Below the pieces are notes generated by a model that saw only the letters and a program-made list of their open reading frames with translations, was not told the origin of the DNA and searched no databases. Positions 61,251 to 64,000 of a DNA stretch of 64,000 nt are shown here, one piece after another; the first letter of the stretch is position 1, and every line of letters starts with the position of its first letter. Source of the stretch: the human T2T-CHM13v2.0 reference genome, Homo sapiens; the NCBI GenBank assembly GCA_009914755.4, contig CP068257.2, positions 1,280,001-1,344,000 of the forward strand, given 5' to 3'. A program made the position numbers and the translations under genes.

Positions 61251-64000
61251 ATATATATTCTATAGTGTACATAAAATATCAAAGTACCCAAACTATACAT
61301 TATATACTGTACATAAAATATGAAATTACATCAAATATATATTATATTAGGTACATAAAATATGAAAGTACATCAAATATAGATTATATACTGTACATTA
61401 AATACCAAAGTACCCCAAATATATATTTTATACTGTACATGAAATATCAAAGTTCACAAACTATATATTATATACTGTACATATAATATCAAAGTACCCA
61501 AGGTATATATTCTATACTGTACAAAAAATAACAAAGTACCAAAAGCATGTATAATATACTGTACATAAAATATGAAAGTACATCAAATATATATTTTATT
61601 CTGTACATAAAATATCAAAGTACACCAGATATATATTCTATAGTGTACATAAAATATCAAAGTACCCAAACTATACATTATATACTGTAAATAAAATATG
61701 AAATTACATCAAATATATTTTATATTAGGTACATAAAATATGAAAGTACATCAAATATAGATTATATACTGTACATTAAATACCAAAGTACCCCAAATAT
61801 ATATTTTATACTGTACATGAAATATCAAAGTTCACAAACTATATATTATATACTGTACATAAATTATCAAAGTACCCAAGCTATATATTCTATACTGTAG
61901 AAAAAATATCAAAGTACCCAAAGCATGTATTATATAGTGTACATAAAATATGAAAGTACATCAAATATATATTTTATTCTGTACATAATATATCAAAGTA
62001 CACCAGATATATATTCTATAGTGTACATAAAATAACAAAGTACACAAACTATACATTATATACTGTACATAAAATATGAAATTACATCAAATATATATTA
62101 GGTACATAAAATATGAAAGTACGTCAAATATAGATTATATACTTTACATAAAATATCAATGTACCCCAAATATATATTTTATACTATACATGAAATATCA
62201 AAATTCACAAACCATATATTGTATACTGTACATAAAATATCAAAGTACCCAAGGTATATGTTCTATACTGTACAAAAAATATCAAAGTACCCAAAGCATA
62301 TATTATATACTGTACATAAAATATGAAAGTACATCAAATATATATTTTATTCCGTACATAAAATATCAAAGTACACCAGATATATATTCTATAGTGTACA
62401 TAAAATATCAAAGTACACAAACTATACATTACATACTGTACATAAAATATGAAATTACATCAAATATATATTATATAAGGTACATAAAATATGAAAGTAC
62501 ATCAAATATAGATTATATACTGTACATTAAATACCAAAGAACCCCAAATATATATTATATACTCTACATGATATATCAAAGTTCACAAACTATATATTAT
62601 ATACTGTACATAAAATATCAAAGTACCCAAGGTATATATTCTATACTGTACAAAAAATATCAAAGTACCCAAAGCATGTATTATATACTGTATATAAAAT
62701 ATGAAAGTACATCAAATATATATTTTATTCTGTACATAAAATATCAAAGTACACCAGATATATATTCTATAGTGTACATAAAATAACAAAGTACAAAAAC
62801 TATAAATTATATACTGTACATAAAATATGAAATTACATCAAATATATATTAGGTACATAAAATATGAAAGTACATCAAATATAGATTATATACTGTACAT
62901 AAAATATCAATATACCCCAAATATATATTTTATACTCGACATGAAATATCAAAGTTCACAAACCATATAATATATACTGTACATAAAATATCAAAGTACC
63001 CAAGGTATATATTCTATACTGTACAAAAGATATCAAAGTACCCAAATCATGTATTATATACTGTACATAAAATATGAAAGTACATCAAATATATATTTTA
63101 TTCTGTACATAAAATATCAAAGTACACCAGATATATATTCTATAGTGTACATAAAATATCAAAGTACCCAAACTATACATTATATACTGTACATAAAATA
63201 TGAAATTACATCAAATATATATTATATTAGGTACATAATATATGAAAGTACATCAAATATAGATTATATACTGTACATTAAATACCAAAGTACCCCAAAT
63301 ATATATTTTATACTGTACATGAAATATCAAAGTTCACAAACTATATATTATATACTGTACATATAATATCAAAGTACCCAAGGTATATATTCTATACTGT
63401 ACAAAAAATATCAAAGTACCCAAAGCATGTATTATATACAGTACATAAAATATGAAAGTACATCAAATATATATTTTATTCTGTACATAAAATATCAAAG
63501 TACACCAGATATATATTCTATAGTGTACATAAAATATCAAAGTACCCAAACTATACATTATATACTGTACATAAAATATGTAATTACATCAAATATATAT
63601 TATATTAGGTACATAAAATATGAAAGTACATCAACTATAGATTATATACTGTACATTAAATACCAAAGTACCCCAAATATATATTTTATACTGTACATGA
63701 AATATCAAAGTTCACAAACTATATATTATATACTGTACATAAAATATCAAAGTACCCAAGGTATATATTCTATACTGTACAAAAAATATCAAAGTACCCA
63801 AAGCATGTATTATATACTGTACCTAAAATATGAAAGTACATCAAATATATATTTTATTCTGTACATAAAATATCAAAGTACACCAGATATATATTCTATA
63901 GTGTACATAAAATATCAAAGTACCCAAACTATACATTATATACTGTACATAAAATATGAAATTACATCAAATATATATTATATTAGGTACATAAAATATG

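Larger units (their letters stand above)
1..64000. repeat. Continuous tandem satellite array: 42-bp monomer = 17-bp + 25-bp GTAC(RsaI)-delimited subunits, ~1,500 monomers, array continues past both window edges; most consistent with primate classical satellite I / HSat1A (SAR)-type satellite
   Basis: Direct reading: every stretch of the window realigns to ctgtacataaaatatcaaagtacccaaggtatatattctata with 42-bp periodicity. GTAC occurs at alternating 17-bp and 25-bp spacing. Composition is about A18/T13/C7/G4 per monomer with no CpG in the consensus. No non-satellite interruption seen by eye on either strand. The family name is from memory of the published 17+25-bp satellite I structure, not from a search. 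Confidence 0.9.

Noticed and set aside
1-64000. CRISPR array (regular ~42-bp direct repeats)
   Set aside because: There are no unique spacers. The repeats are contiguous with no interspersed variable units. Composition and 64-kb scale are those of eukaryotic satellite DNA, and no cas-like ORFs are present.
1-64000. TATA-box or promoter-like motifs (tatatat, tataaa) and terminator-like elements
   Set aside because: TATA-like strings occur in every 42-bp monomer as part of the satellite consensus. There is no associated transcription-unit context, so they carry no regulatory information that can be called from sequence.
1-64000. Transposable-element insertions or non-satellite islands breaking the array
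   Set aside because: A read-through of the whole window found no segment that fails to align to the 42-bp monomer family. All gaps between track ORFs (e.g. 3102-3516, 41691-41948, 63366-64000) are ordinary satellite monomers with stop-creating variants.

Overview
The whole 64-kb window is one uninterrupted AT-rich (~74% AT) tandem satellite array. I could not find any non-repetitive sequence, gene, RNA gene, transposon insertion or CRISPR array in it. Basic unit: a 42-bp monomer (D-type consensus ctgtacataaaatatcaaagtacccaaggtatatattctata) built from a 17-bp subunit (GTACATAAAATATCAAA) and a 25-bp subunit (GTACCCAAGGTATATATTCTATACT), each beginning with GTAC (RsaI site). From memory, this 17+25 = 42-bp AT-rich architecture with GTAC in both subunits matches primate/human classical satellite I (HSat1A, RepeatMasker 'SAR'). 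I cannot confirm that without a database search. Monomers fall into about nine position-specific types (A to I) arranged as a 378-bp (or 373-bp) higher-order repeat (HOR). These HORs are themselves organised into kb-scale super-repeats and near-identical segmental duplications at offsets of 13,216 bp, 4,989 bp (five tandem copies), 9,970 bp, 6,392 bp, ~12,236 bp, 3,757 bp, and ~1,125/1,129 bp (tandem). Two array domains with different diagnostic monomer variants meet at about 37.6 kb. All long ORFs in the supplied track are artefacts of the 42-bp = 14-codon periodicity. They translate to the same 14-aa Tyr/Ile/Lys-rich block repeated, begin at the ATG carried by C- and I-type monomers, and end at variant monomers carrying TAA/TAG or frame-shifting indels. 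I found no evidence for an undescribed coding or defence system here. The interest of the window lies in satellite evolution: the HOR structure, recent unequal-exchange duplications, indels and mosaic conversion tracts.
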